A stretch of 53,496 nt of DNA from an uncultured Bacillales bacterium (lineage in GTDB: Bacteria > Bacillota_I > Bacilli_A > RFN20 > CAG-826): the NCBI GenBank assembly GCA_946185585.1, contig CAMHJP010000003.1, positions 1-53,496 of the forward strand, given 5' to 3'. Position numbers and translations under genes: made by a program. Shown here piece after piece: positions 18,644-28,486 of the stretch. The notes beneath the pieces are model-generated. The model was given only the letters and a program-made list of their open reading frames with translations. It did not search any database and was not told the DNA's origin. Numbering within the stretch: position 1 is the stretch's first letter; the number at the start of each line of letters is the position of its first letter.

Positions 18644-19996
18644 ATGAAATTTGACCGTGTTAAAGGAAAATGTGTTGACCTCTCCTTTGAAGGAAAAGGT
18701 GTGGTGAAGCTTTCTTATGGAACGGTTTTTGTTGATGGATTATTTCCAGGCGAAGAAGCAGAAATTGAAATTCAATATAAACGCGCTGGAAATTATTTTG
18801 GTAAAGTCTATCGATTGATCAGTAAATCCCCGGATCGAATTCAACCTCGATGTGGTGTTTGTACAGCTTGTGGTGGATGTCAGCTTCAACAACTTTCTTA
18901 TCCTGCTCAATTGGCTTACAAACAACATAAAGTCGAAGATGCTTTAAGACGTCATGATTTGAAAAATATTCATGTTTTACCGGTGATTGGCATGGAAAAT
19001 CCTTATCAATACCGTAATAAAATCCAAGTTCCAATTGGTCGTGATCCACATGGACATATTGTTTCCGGATTCTATCGACAAGGCACACATAAGATCATCC
19101 CAATTGACCAATGTATGATTGAAGATGAACGTTCTTCAAAGATTATTTTTGCAATTAAACAATTAATGAAGGAATTTAAATACGCTCCTTATGATGAAGA
19201 CCAACAAACCGGTTTAATTAGACACGTTTTAATTCGAACATCAAAACATTATGATGAAATTATGGTGACTCTAGTCACTAGACTTGATGAATTTAAAGGC
19301 AAAAACAACTTTGTGAAAGAACTTGTTAAACGTTGCCCAAATATTTCTACAGTTATTCAAAATATTAATCACCGTGATACAAACGTTATTCTTGGAGAAA
19401 AAGAAAGAGTCTTATATGGTAGTGGTCAGATTAAAGATTCTATTTTAGGAGTAGACTTTTTAATCTCTTCAAAATCATTTTTCCAGGTTAATCCTGTTCA
19501 GGTTGAAAAACTATATCAAACCGCGCTTGATTTAGCAAAAATAACCAGCAAATCCAGGGTATTTGATGCTTATTGTGGAATTGGAACAATTTCATTAATC
19601 GCTGCAAAACACGCACAAAATGTCGTTGGAGCAGAGATTGTTAAAGAAGCAATTATTGATGCTAAACGAAACGCTAAATTAAACAAAATTAATAATGCCG
19701 AATTCTATGTTGGAGATGCTGGAGAAATCTATTCTAAACTCCGTTATGAAGGAAGAAACTTCGATTGTGTTTTTGTTGATCCTCCGCGAAAAGGATTAAC
19801 TCCTGAATTTATCGAATCTCTATTAAAAGAGGAACCTCCAACAATTTGTTATGTTTCATGTGACCCAGAAACACTTGCACGTGATTTAAAACTATTTTCT
19901 CAAAAATACTCGATTTCAAATATTCAACCAGTTGATATGTTTCCAATGACTTTTCACATTGAGTCTGTGGCATGTCTACAACTAAAAAAGCGATAA
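18644..19996 (+). CDS. rlmD: 23S rRNA (uracil-C5)-methyltransferase RlmD/RlmCD family
   Basis: CGGCQLQ Fe-S motif, SFFQVN, DAYCGIGT, DPPRKG, YVSCDP and DMFPMTFHIE motifs. Confidence 0.93.
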   Translation: MKFDRVKGKCVDLSFEGKGVVKLSYGTVFVDGLFPGEEAEIEIQYKRAGNYFGKVYRLISKSPDRIQPRCGVCTACGGCQLQQLSYPAQLAYKQHKVEDALRRHDLKNIHVLPVIGMENPYQYRNKIQVPIGRDPHGHIVSGFYRQGTHKIIPIDQCMIEDERSSKIIFAIKQLMKEFKYAPYDEDQQTGLIRHVLIRTSKHYDEIMVTLVTRLDEFKGKNNFVKELVKRCPNISTVIQNINHRDTNVILGEKERVLYGSGQIKDSILGVDFLISSKSFFQVNPVQVEKLYQTALDLAKITSKSRVFDAYCGIGTISLIAAKHAQNVVGAEIVKEAIIDAKRNAKLNKINNAEFYVGDAGEIYSKLRYEGRNFDCVFVDPPRKGLTPEFIESLLKEEPPTICYVSCDPETLARDLKLFSQKYSISNIQPVDMFPMTFHIESVACLQLKKR

Positions 19997-20012
19997 TATA
20001 TCGCTTATTTTT

Positions 20013-20630
20013 TTATTTAATAAAGTGAGTATATGTGGTGTCTTCTTTTTCTGGAAGACCATATTTCTCTTTTGCATCTTTAATAGCTTTCATTAGAAAC
20101 ACCATGTTCCTTGCTACTACTCTTGCATTTTGTAGACCTTCTTCATCTTTTTCAATTTGACCCTGTTCTCTACCAAAGCCGTTATTCCAATATCGACCAG
20201 AGGCAATCGGCATTTGATTAATCGTGAAGTATTTATTTAATTCATCAAATGTCGCGGTGGTTCCTGCACGTCTTGCTACAGCAAATGCCGCACCAACTTT
20301 AAAACGTTTATCAAAATGAGAACTATAGAACAATCTATCTAATAAAGAAATGATCGAACCATTCGCTGAACCATAATAGACCGGAGAAACAATTACTAAT
20401 CCATCAGAATCTTCAAACCTTTTAGCTAAATCATTCACATCATCTTTAAAAACACATTGACCATGTTCATAACAATAATTACAAGCCATACAACCTCTAA
20501 TGGCTTTAGATCCGATTTGATATTTATCAACATCTATGCCCTCTTTGTTAAAGATGCTAACCATCTCATCAATTAATCTAGATGAATTCCCATTAAGACG
20601 AGAACTACCATTAATAATTAATACTTTCAT
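20013..20630 (-). CDS. Iron-sulfur flavoprotein / NADPH-dependent FMN reductase family
   Basis: INGS, CMACNYC...C and SPVYYG motifs; start moved to MKVL (RBS ggagga). Confidence 0.88.
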   Translation of the reverse strand: MKVLIINGSSRLNGNSSRLIDEMVSIFNKEGIDVDKYQIGSKAIRGCMACNYCYEHGQCVFKDDVNDLAKRFEDSDGLVIVSPVYYGSANGSIISLLDRLFYSSHFDKRFKVGAAFAVARRAGTTATFDELNKYFTINQMPIASGRYWNNGFGREQGQIEKDEEGLQNARVVARNMVFLMKAIKDAKEKYGLPEKEDTTYTHFIK

Positions 20631-20850
20631 CAGTCTTTCCTCCACTAACTAGTATGATTTTACAAGAAATTTAATTTAATTTAAATTAAAAACAATAAAT
20701 ATGCTTCTAATCAATTGAAAAGTTCGTCATATTTTGTTTTTGTTTGTGGCACTTTTGTGACAATGCATACGATAATCTATAATTAGCAATGAAATCATTG
20801 CTGATTAGTAAATAAGTGATAGATTAATAAAAGTAGAAGGATTTCAAAAT

Positions 20851-23169
20851 ATGAAAAAACGCTTTATTGTTTCACTCTTAATATCATTGATGACTGTATC
20901 TTTGGTGAGTTGTGGAAAAACTGATCCAACTGATCCAGAAGATCCACCTAAAAAAGAAGATAAAGATATCTCGATTATTTATACAACCGATGTTCACTGT
21001 GGCGTGGATAAAAATTTAGGTTATGCCAAAGTCGAAAGCTATAAAAAGAATCTAGAAAAAACGAATTATGTCGCTTTAGTGGATGCTGGTGACTATTTAC
21101 AAGGTGAATTCATTGGAGCCATCTCCAAAGGTGAATACATCATCGAAGTCATGAACGAGATGAAATATGACGTTGTTACTTTGGGTAACCATGAATTTGA
21201 CTACGGTATTGATGTTTTGAAAGATCGATTAACTCAATATGAAGGAGACGTTGTCTCTTGTAACTTCTCTTATATTGGAAATAAAGAAAATAAATTAAAT
21301 AAGGTTCAACCATACGTCATTAAAGAGTACGGAAATAGAAAAGTCGGTTTTGTTGGTATTACCACTCCAAAAACATTAACCCAATCTGACCCAAAAACAT
21401 TTATTGAAGATGGCCATGTCGCCTATAGTTTTGGTGCTGATACTGTCGAAAACTTCTACAATGTTGTTCAAAACAATATTGATAAATGTAAAGCTAATGG
21501 AGCGGATTACGTCATTGCATTATCACACTTAGGAAGTCCTGATTCATTCTCCCCATTTAGTTCAATTGATGTGATTTCACACACCAATGGTGTGACTGCC
21601 TTTTTAGATGGCCATAGTCATACCGATTTACCTTGGACAACTAAGAAAAATAAAGATAACGTTGATACATTACTTGTTGATACTGGTTATAAATTAAACG
21701 AATTCGCTTCCTTAACTATTTCTAAAGAAGGAGATATAACCCACGAATTCATCACCGAATATGAAGAAAAAGATCAACACATTGACGAATTCGTTGCCTC
21801 AGTTAAGACCAAAGCTGAAGATGCCGGAAGCAAAGTTGTGGCAAACATTGATATCGATTTAGAAGGCGAAAAAAACTTTGTTCGAACTAGAGAAGCCCAA
21901 ATCGGTGATTTAATCGCTGATGCCTACCGTTATTATGGCGAATCTGATATTGCTCTTGTGAATGGTGGAGGTATTAGAGATAGCCTCAAGAAAGGCGATG
22001 TCACTTATGAACAAATCATGAATGTCCATCCGTTTGGTAACTCTTTAATGAAAAAGAAAACAACTGGAGCCAAGATTCGTGATTATCTAGAGTTCACTTC
22101 AATGAAAGTTACTGATGTACCTAGAGAAAACCAATTTGGCGCATTTGCCCAGGTTTCTGGACTCAAATACAGTATCGACACAAGAATTCCAAGTAGTGTA
22201 GTAACTACGACATCTGGAGAGTTTGTTAGTGTCGATGGAGAAAGAAGAGTTAAAGACATTAAAGTCTTAGAAAATGGCACTTATGTTGATTTAGTTGATA
22301 CTAAAGAATACACAGTTGCCTCCCACGACTTCTTGTTATCTAGTGGTGGTGATGGAGCAAACTTATTCGTGAACGATGAAGTTCTTGCTGCACCAGTCTT
22401 ATTTGACTATGAAGTTTTAATTAACTACATCGTTGATGTTTTACATGGTCAACTCGCATCTAAATATTCAAAAGTTGATAACCGTATCATTATTGAACCA
22501 GCTGGTGGAGAAGAAGGAAATGTGATCACCATCAGTAAAGACATGCTTTTTAACGCTAAATTAGAAGACTATCGTCATGCTGGTAAAGAATATGGTAAAG
22601 ATGGAGCAGATAAGAAATTCACAATTGATGTTGGCAATGGACGAACTATTCAAGGTGCAATCATCTTTAGAGATTGCTCCTACCAATTTGTTGGTGATAA
22701 CTTATTAGATGCTATGGGCATCAATAATAAGAGCAATTCCTCCCAAGCTTATAACTTTAATATCCTATTCTCTGTTGATAACTTAATGAGACTGGATATT
22801 GCTTATACCGCTAGCTCAGACGTTTATAACTGGATTGATCAAGAAATTAAGTTTGGCAATTTATCAGGTACTTCTGATTTTTATACAAACTTATCCGCTG
22901 TTAATTATGATTGGATTACTGAGCGAGCTGGTGGTGGTTATGGACATCGATTATTCCCTGGTGGTGAAATGGCAGCCAGTAATTACTTTGAACTCAATCA
23001 CGGAGACACTCCAGGAACTCGTGATCGAGCATTTAATTGGGCACTAGTTTCAGAACCAGCCAACCTGGTTGCATATAACTTTAGTTACTATGATAACAAT
23101 TTCATCGAAGCTCATGGTGAACTGAGCTTTAACATTAGATCGCTTGTATTTACTTTAAAAAGCGAATAA
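20851..23169 (+). CDS. Lipoprotein 5'-nucleotidase (metallophosphatase plus 5'-nucleotidase C domain) with extra C-terminal domain
   Basis: Lipobox LVSC; DVH, DAGD, GNHEFD, HLG, GHSH, NGGGIR and PFGN motifs. Confidence 0.9.
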   Translation: MKKRFIVSLLISLMTVSLVSCGKTDPTDPEDPPKKEDKDISIIYTTDVHCGVDKNLGYAKVESYKKNLEKTNYVALVDAGDYLQGEFIGAISKGEYIIEVMNEMKYDVVTLGNHEFDYGIDVLKDRLTQYEGDVVSCNFSYIGNKENKLNKVQPYVIKEYGNRKVGFVGITTPKTLTQSDPKTFIEDGHVAYSFGADTVENFYNVVQNNIDKCKANGADYVIALSHLGSPDSFSPFSSIDVISHTNGVTAFLDGHSHTDLPWTTKKNKDNVDTLLVDTGYKLNEFASLTISKEGDITHEFITEYEEKDQHIDEFVASVKTKAEDAGSKVVANIDIDLEGEKNFVRTREAQIGDLIADAYRYYGESDIALVNGGGIRDSLKKGDVTYEQIMNVHPFGNSLMKKKTTGAKIRDYLEFTSMKVTDVPRENQFGAFAQVSGLKYSIDTRIPSSVVTTTSGEFVSVDGERRVKDIKVLENGTYVDLVDTKEYTVASHDFLLSSGGDGANLFVNDEVLAAPVLFDYEVLINYIVDVLHGQLASKYSKVDNRIIIEPAGGEEGNVITISKDMLFNAKLEDYRHAGKEYGKDGADKKFTIDVGNGRTIQGAIIFRDCSYQFVGDNLLDAMGINNKSNSSQAYNFNILFSVDNLMRLDIAYTASSDVYNWIDQEIKFGNLSGTSDFYTNLSAVNYDWITERAGGGYGHRLFPGGEMAASNYFELNHGDTPGTRDRAFNWALVSEPANLVAYNFSYYDNNFIEAHGELSFNIRSLVFTLKSE

Positions 23170-23252
23170 TTTTAAGCCAGTTCAAGCTGAATAACTTGTT
23201 AAATATTATTAATTAGAAATAAAATAAATCTATCTAACAAAACGGAGGATAA

Positions 23253-24401
23253 ATGATGAAATTCTCAAAGAAACATTTCGTTGTCGGTTTAATCGGCAAC
23301 CTTCTAGTGTGTGCTCTTGGGCTCACTGGAATCATTATGCTAATGCTAGAAAATAGCAACCTAGCTGAAACAATGAAGTATTTCACAACACTATCAAATA
23401 TATTAGTAACACTTTGTGCGTTTGTGAATCTAATTCTTTATGCGGTGTCTATTTCAAAAAAGAAAAACTACGTTAAAGAATTCTTCCAAGTGATGAAACT
23501 CATTTCTGTCGTAGCCGTCGCAATTACATTTACGATTGTGATGGTTTATCTAGCACCAAACAACTCTACTAACTTTGACTTATTCGCCGGATCACAACTC
23601 TTCTTGCATGTGATTACTCCAATCGCAGCGGTATTCTCATTTATTTTCCTTGAATATCAAACAAAGATTAGATTTCGATTCTTCTATTTCCCAGTCTTCT
23701 TTGCTTTAGCTTATGGAGCGTTTTATATTTCTTACGCTTTCTTAGCTCCAGCCGGTACGGCAATTGACTGGTATGGATTTATATTTGAAGCCGGTGCAAG
23801 AGTTGCTCCAGCTGATTTAACTAAATTTACCTTAGGTTCATTCTTACTCTTCTTAGGTGAATCATTAGGCGGTGGTCTCGTCTTTGGATTTGTCTTCTGG
23901 TTACTTAACAAAATCATGAATCTTATCTTCATTGGTTATACTGTTGCTCCTGAAGTCGAAGAGGGATCTCCAGCTGAAGCTCAAGAACCAGTTAGCGAAG
24001 AAAAAGAAGAACCTGTTTTCGAAGAGAAACCAGTCGAAGAGGCTAAAGAAGAAGCACCTGAAGAGGTTAAAGAAGAAGCATCTGATGAACCTGAGGCTAA
24101 AGAAGAAAAAGAACCAGGAATTGCAGAAAAATTACCAGCAAAACCTGCCTCTTCTGAAAAACCAAAAACAAAAAGAAACGTTAATTATAATCCAAATAAA
24201 TATAAAGACGGAGTTCGTGTCTATCACATCTCTCGTAGCAAATTTATGTCGAAGTATTGGCAGGTTAAACTTGCTGGTGGAGAAAAGGCGATTAAGATTT
24301 TCCCAACCCAAGCTGAAGCAATTACTTATGCTAAAGAACTTGTCAGAAAACAAGGTGGATCAATCCGTATCCACTCGATGAAAGGACAATTACGAAAATA
24401 A
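23253..24401 (+). CDS. FAR-17a/AIG1-like (Pr6Pr-type) membrane domain, acidic linker and C-terminal DUF2188-like domain
   Basis: YFTTLSN and LHVITP in TM region; E/K/P-rich linker; WQVK...FPTQAEAI..A..L...GGSIRIH..KGQLR. Confidence 0.7.
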   Translation: MMKFSKKHFVVGLIGNLLVCALGLTGIIMLMLENSNLAETMKYFTTLSNILVTLCAFVNLILYAVSISKKKNYVKEFFQVMKLISVVAVAITFTIVMVYLAPNNSTNFDLFAGSQLFLHVITPIAAVFSFIFLEYQTKIRFRFFYFPVFFALAYGAFYISYAFLAPAGTAIDWYGFIFEAGARVAPADLTKFTLGSFLLFLGESLGGGLVFGFVFWLLNKIMNLIFIGYTVAPEVEEGSPAEAQEPVSEEKEEPVFEEKPVEEAKEEAPEEVKEEASDEPEAKEEKEPGIAEKLPAKPASSEKPKTKRNVNYNPNKYKDGVRVYHISRSKFMSKYWQVKLAGGEKAIKIFPTQAEAITYAKELVRKQGGSIRIHSMKGQLRK

Positions 24402-24459
24402 TTGTTCGACCAATATAATTTATTTATATCTTCTTAAGAAAATTATTAGATCTATTGAA

Positions 24460-25398
24460 CTATAAAGTTTCGATAATTTTCTTTAACTGAACTCCAGATT
24501 CATGGAGTTTTTCTTTTTCAACACTAGATAAATTAATCTCGAGAACTTTCTCCACTCCAGAACTACCAACTAATGTCGGAACGGATAAAGATAAACCACT
24601 TAATCCATATTCTCCATCAAGTTCAGTAGAGATGGTTAACATGGTGTGAGAATTATTGACAATTGCGCGACAAATATAATCCACAGCAATCGCAATACCG
24701 TAATAAGTCGCTCCCTTCTTTTCGATAATCTTATAGGCGGCATCACGAACTTCTTCGTAAAGCTTTCTCATACCTTCTTCGTGGTTCTTATAACCTCTAA
24801 TTTCACAGAATTCATTTAATGGAACTCCGGAGATATTTGTGATCGACCATGCAGGGAATTCACTGTCACCATGTTCACCCATAATTAATCCATGGACATT
24901 ACGTGTATCAACGTGGAGGTGCTGAGAAATTAAGTATTTTAGTCGAGCAGTATCTAAAACGGTTCCTGAACCGATAACGCGGTTCTTTGGTAAGCGAGAT
25001 TCTTTTAAAGCAACGTGAGTTAAGACATCAACTGGGTTAGAGACAATTAATAAGATTCCTTCGATTTTAACTTTGTTAATCTCGGAAATAATACTTCTCA
25101 TAATCGAAGCATTCTTCTTAATTAAATCTAATCTTGTTTCTCCCGGTTTTTGATTGACTCCAGCAGTGATAATGATAATTGAAGCATCCTTTAAATCTTC
25201 GTATTTACCCGCATAGATATTCATTGTGCCTTTATAGGCTAAGCCATGCGATAAATCCATCGCCTCACCTTCTGCTTTAGCAGTGTTGTTATCAATTAAA
25301 ACCATCTCGGAGAAGATTTGGGATTGGATTAATGTAAAAGCGATTGAGCTTCCGACAAATCCACATCCAATAATTCCAACTTTCTTGACGTTCACCAT
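24460..25398 (-). CDS. ldh: L-lactate dehydrogenase
   Basis: GCGFVG, QKPGETRLDL, NPVD, GTVLDTAR, GEHGDS and KGATYYGI motifs. Confidence 0.96.
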   Translation of the reverse strand: MVNVKKVGIIGCGFVGSSIAFTLIQSQIFSEMVLIDNNTAKAEGEAMDLSHGLAYKGTMNIYAGKYEDLKDASIIIITAGVNQKPGETRLDLIKKNASIMRSIISEINKVKIEGILLIVSNPVDVLTHVALKESRLPKNRVIGSGTVLDTARLKYLISQHLHVDTRNVHGLIMGEHGDSEFPAWSITNISGVPLNEFCEIRGYKNHEEGMRKLYEEVRDAAYKIIEKKGATYYGIAIAVDYICRAIVNNSHTMLTISTELDGEYGLSGLSLSVPTLVGSSGVEKVLEINLSSVEKEKLHESGVQLKKIIETL

Positions 25399-25649
25399 AT
25401 TGATATCTCCTTAGTGTGTAGCGTCTTAATTTTATCTTTAGGGTGGATATTTTTAAATAGTAGATTAGTTAAAACTAACCCAATAATGGTATTCAACTAG
25501 AATAATTTTATATTTGGAATGTATCGATTTTATCGCAATTTCTTCCTTATTTATGGTGGGATTATTTAATAAATAATTAAGGAAGAATACTTTTTAATTT
25601 ATAATAAAAATATCATTGGAGTCGTTTAACAAACGAGAAAGGAAGGCTT

Positions 25650-28484
25650 ATGAAGAAAAAAAGTTTTCTCCTTTTACCTGTTCTAGCCATGCTTTTAGCA
25701 GGCTGTAACGGAACAGCTAGTAAAGGCAAAAAAGACGAAGAACATTCATATGAAGAAACTCGCGAAATGGTCGAGGAAGCTTTGGATGAAGTTCCAGTCG
25801 AAGTCAGTGATTATGATGGTGACTTAACCCCTCTTCCAGTTAAAGAAGTGGATTGTCCAGAAACAGAATCTCTTGTGAAATTCAAACAAGGCGATCAAGA
25901 CCAATTTGTTTACGTGACAAAAATCGAAGACACTGAATCACCATCTGTCAGTAGTTACACTCCTAAAAATGATGATGTCATTATTCGTGATGAAAATGAT
26001 GAAGCATTGGAGTGTGAATTCATGTCTTACGATAGCGGTGTTTCTAAATACCGCGTTCCAGTCTCGAAGTTTAGTGAAGACCACTTTTATCACTGTGAAC
26101 TCAAAAACAACGGATTAAAGTTTCTTAAGAAAGATCCTTCAATTCGTGATCTCACCTACTACTCCATTGACGTTAACGATAGCAATCGTCGTCATACTTA
26201 CTCATACAATCAAGACAATGAATGGGTCGATTTTGACGTGAATAACGTTCAATACTTTGATGTCGACGCTCTTGGTGCATATTTCATTAGTAATGAAGCA
26301 ATGAACCTTGAAGTAGATGCCATGTTTAGAATCGCTGATCCAAGCGTGGCTGAAGACAATAAAGATACAACCTATGGTCGTTTTGTTAGTTGCGCAAAGA
26401 ACCCAAATGGTTCTGGCTACATTGTTCGCTATAATCCTTGCCGTGCTAACGATGTTTACTCCAACATCGATGTTAACGACAGTATCACTGTTGATGAAGG
26501 AAACATCAAAAATCTCCAAACCTTTGGTGATGAAGAAAGCGTGGAGCAACAACTCGCCCATAATTTCTTACACAACGATCAAACAGTCGCGGCGATGCTT
26601 GGCTTAATGAATCACTATCATGTTGAGCCAAGAAACTTTAAAAAGTCAGCGATCGACTGGGCAACCCATGTTAATGTGAAATTTGATGTTCATTTTGAAG
26701 ATTCCACGTTTACTTGGGGTGCTAAATTAACACTCGATCTTAGCCCGGAAGATTATTTAGATATTTCGATTGAATTAGGTTATAAGTCGACAACAACATA
26801 TGACATTAGTGCTGATTTAGATATTGAAACCAAATTCTTCATTCCTGTTGGCGTAAGCTATAAGCTTGAAGTAAAAGAAAACGCCACCAAAGAAGTCTAC
26901 TTTAAAATCGTTTTGTCTAGCCAAGTTCATCCTTATGATAAGGACAAAATTGAACAAGGTATCGAAGATGACTTAACTGATGCCTTAAAAAATGACACAG
27001 CCTTCAAATCGAAATTTAAAGGTGACTCAGCTACCGGAACTCCAAATGGTACAAGTTATCCTTTAATTCGATTTGATATCATGTACTTCTTCCCACTCGA
27101 TATTCGTTTCGAAGTCGATTTCTACTGGGAAGTTCAATTAACATTTGAAACCGATGTTGTTTATACATCACATACAACTCGTACAGACGTTTCTATTTCT
27201 AATAAGAAAGGATGCGACCCATCCTCAGAATCGAAAGCAGAGAATGATAAAGAAGTAAAACTCTACTTTATGGGAACATTCCACGCCGAGGTTGGTTTGC
27301 GAGTCTCTTTCGGTCTAGGAATTTCCGGCTTCTATAAATTCTTCCACGCCGAAGTCTTTATTAAAGCTTATGGTGCTGTTGATGCTTTAGGCTTCCTCTT
27401 AATTGATGTGACATGGGGCGACCACGGATCAGCAATTAGTGGAACAATGGGAGGCAAATTTGAAATTACCGCCGGAGTTAAATGGGGCGTTGATATTAAT
27501 CTCCTCTTTGGAGGCATCACACTAGACTGGCCGGTCAAAGTCTGGACACTAGTTGGCTTTGCCTCAGATAACTCGGTAAGTAAATTTATCCAGCCAGAGG
27601 ATACCTTAGAAATAACGGATAAAGACTATGGCGATGGTAAATTTATTGATTTAGATACTTATCATTACTTATCTTTAGAAACATTTGAAGCCCAATCTTT
27701 TAGTACAAAGTTTGTTGATCTAGCCTTTGATGCTAGTGTCTCCACACGTTATGGTGAATGGCTCGATCCGAATGAAGTCAAATATTTCTCAGCTGAAGTA
27801 ATTGAAGGCGATGAATGGATTGCCCTAGACGGCTTTAAAATTAGTATTATCAAAGATATTTATGGCACGGATGAATTCACGGCCAAAATTAAAGTCACAG
27901 TTAATCCTGATCTTCTTTGTTTAGATTTACCTGAACAAAGCGGAGATAACGAAGACCAAGAAGTGGCCAAGATTATTACTGTTCACTTTACAAATAACCT
28001 TAGACAAACTGTCTACACCAAAGAACCTAATAGTGAAGAAAAAACCTTAGTTGGTACCTGTGTCGAAGGTAAGACAATTACTCTTCCAGTTCCAACCGCT
28101 CCACAATACATGAAATTTGTTGGATGGAAAAATCTCACTACTGAAGAAGTGATTAATTATGATCCAACAAATCCAGATTGTGCCAAATACACTATTCCTC
28201 ACTTAAGTGAACCAAACGAAGTCACATTTGAGTACATCTATGTTGATTACTACTACTGGGACGTCGTTTGGGTTGATGGATTTGGTAACATTGTCCAAAT
28301 CGATCATGTTTATAACGATCAACCAATCGTCGAAATTGATCCAGCCGTCCGTGACAAATGGATGGTTTCTAATGATGCGATGTATGAATACGTCTTCGTT
28401 GGATATGACGTTGATATCAATGTTGTTCCAACAGAAAACATGGTTATTCATGCTCAATATGAATATCGAAAGGTGGGTGCATAA
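25650..28484 (+). CDS. Large acidic lipoprotein of unknown function
   Basis: Lipobox LAGC; RBS gaaaggaagg; beta-rich core; C-terminal InlB-B-like repeats (FVGW, FVGY). Confidence 0.75.
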   Translation: MKKKSFLLLPVLAMLLAGCNGTASKGKKDEEHSYEETREMVEEALDEVPVEVSDYDGDLTPLPVKEVDCPETESLVKFKQGDQDQFVYVTKIEDTESPSVSSYTPKNDDVIIRDENDEALECEFMSYDSGVSKYRVPVSKFSEDHFYHCELKNNGLKFLKKDPSIRDLTYYSIDVNDSNRRHTYSYNQDNEWVDFDVNNVQYFDVDALGAYFISNEAMNLEVDAMFRIADPSVAEDNKDTTYGRFVSCAKNPNGSGYIVRYNPCRANDVYSNIDVNDSITVDEGNIKNLQTFGDEESVEQQLAHNFLHNDQTVAAMLGLMNHYHVEPRNFKKSAIDWATHVNVKFDVHFEDSTFTWGAKLTLDLSPEDYLDISIELGYKSTTTYDISADLDIETKFFIPVGVSYKLEVKENATKEVYFKIVLSSQVHPYDKDKIEQGIEDDLTDALKNDTAFKSKFKGDSATGTPNGTSYPLIRFDIMYFFPLDIRFEVDFYWEVQLTFETDVVYTSHTTRTDVSISNKKGCDPSSESKAENDKEVKLYFMGTFHAEVGLRVSFGLGISGFYKFFHAEVFIKAYGAVDALGFLLIDVTWGDHGSAISGTMGGKFEITAGVKWGVDINLLFGGITLDWPVKVWTLVGFASDNSVSKFIQPEDTLEITDKDYGDGKFIDLDTYHYLSLETFEAQSFSTKFVDLAFDASVSTRYGEWLDPNEVKYFSAEVIEGDEWIALDGFKISIIKDIYGTDEFTAKIKVTVNPDLLCLDLPEQSGDNEDQEVAKIITVHFTNNLRQTVYTKEPNSEEKTLVGTCVEGKTITLPVPTAPQYMKFVGWKNLTTEEVINYDPTNPDCAKYTIPHLSEPNEVTFEYIYVDYYYWDVVWVDGFGNIVQIDHVYNDQPIVEIDPAVRDKWMVSNDAMYEYVFVGYDVDINVVPTENMVIHAQYEYRKVGA

Positions 28485-28486
28485 GT

